Below the pieces are notes generated by a model, which worked only from the letters and a program-made list of their open reading frames with translations, did not search any database and had not been told where the DNA came from. From NCBI GenBank assembly GCA_900128395.1, contig LT649299.1, positions 1 to 42,621 of the forward strand: a stretch of DNA of 42,621 nucleotides, in the 5' to 3' direction. Position 1 is the first letter of the stretch. Every line of letters begins with the position of its first letter. Positions 42,574 to 42,621 of the stretch are shown here, one piece after another. Both the position numbers and the translations under genes were made by a program. Source of the stretch: Stramenopiles sp. TOSAG23-2 (Eukaryota).

Positions 42574-42621
42574 ATGACAATTACAACAACCACGACCACC
42601 ACCTCTTCATTACATTTCCAT
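42574..42621 (+). CDS. Possible 5' end of a gene running off the window
   Basis: ATG after A-rich leader (AAAACAAAATG) like other starts here; open frame MTITTTTTTTSSLHFH to window end. Confidence 0.3.
   Translation, partial: MTITTTTTTTSSLHFH

Overview
AT-rich, gene-dense, intron-poor nuclear DNA from a unicellular eukaryote (stramenopile-like protist is my inference; taxon cannot be fixed from this window). It uses the standard genetic code and has many poly-Asn (AAT) tracts. The window holds about 18 coding loci: LTO1-like, a Frizzled-like CRD fused to a NIPA Mg2+ transporter, a broken FkbM methyltransferase, a WW + novel-repeat protein, a large RCC1 protein, NOP53, CDK10-like, a GMC oxidoreductase with one intron, a GT4 glycosyltransferase, a TPR-Hsp70 fusion, an Ldh_2-family dehydrogenase, ankyrin and EF-hand proteins, a DUSP and a 2OG-Fe(II) oxygenase-like protein. 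It also has a tRNA-Ile(AAU), a mitochondrial carrier pseudogene fragment and a non-autonomous hAT-type transposon (22-bp TIRs, 8-bp TSD). The best novelty candidates are three domain architectures: CRD-NIPA, TPR(clamp)-Hsp70 lacking EEVD, and an RCC1 propeller split by a ~630-aa insert. Recurrent upstream and downstream intergenic motifs are also visible. The assembly has clear artefacts (embedded Illumina adapter, exact 100-bp tandem duplication, inverted read-length copy next to poly-G), so broken genes need read-level checks.
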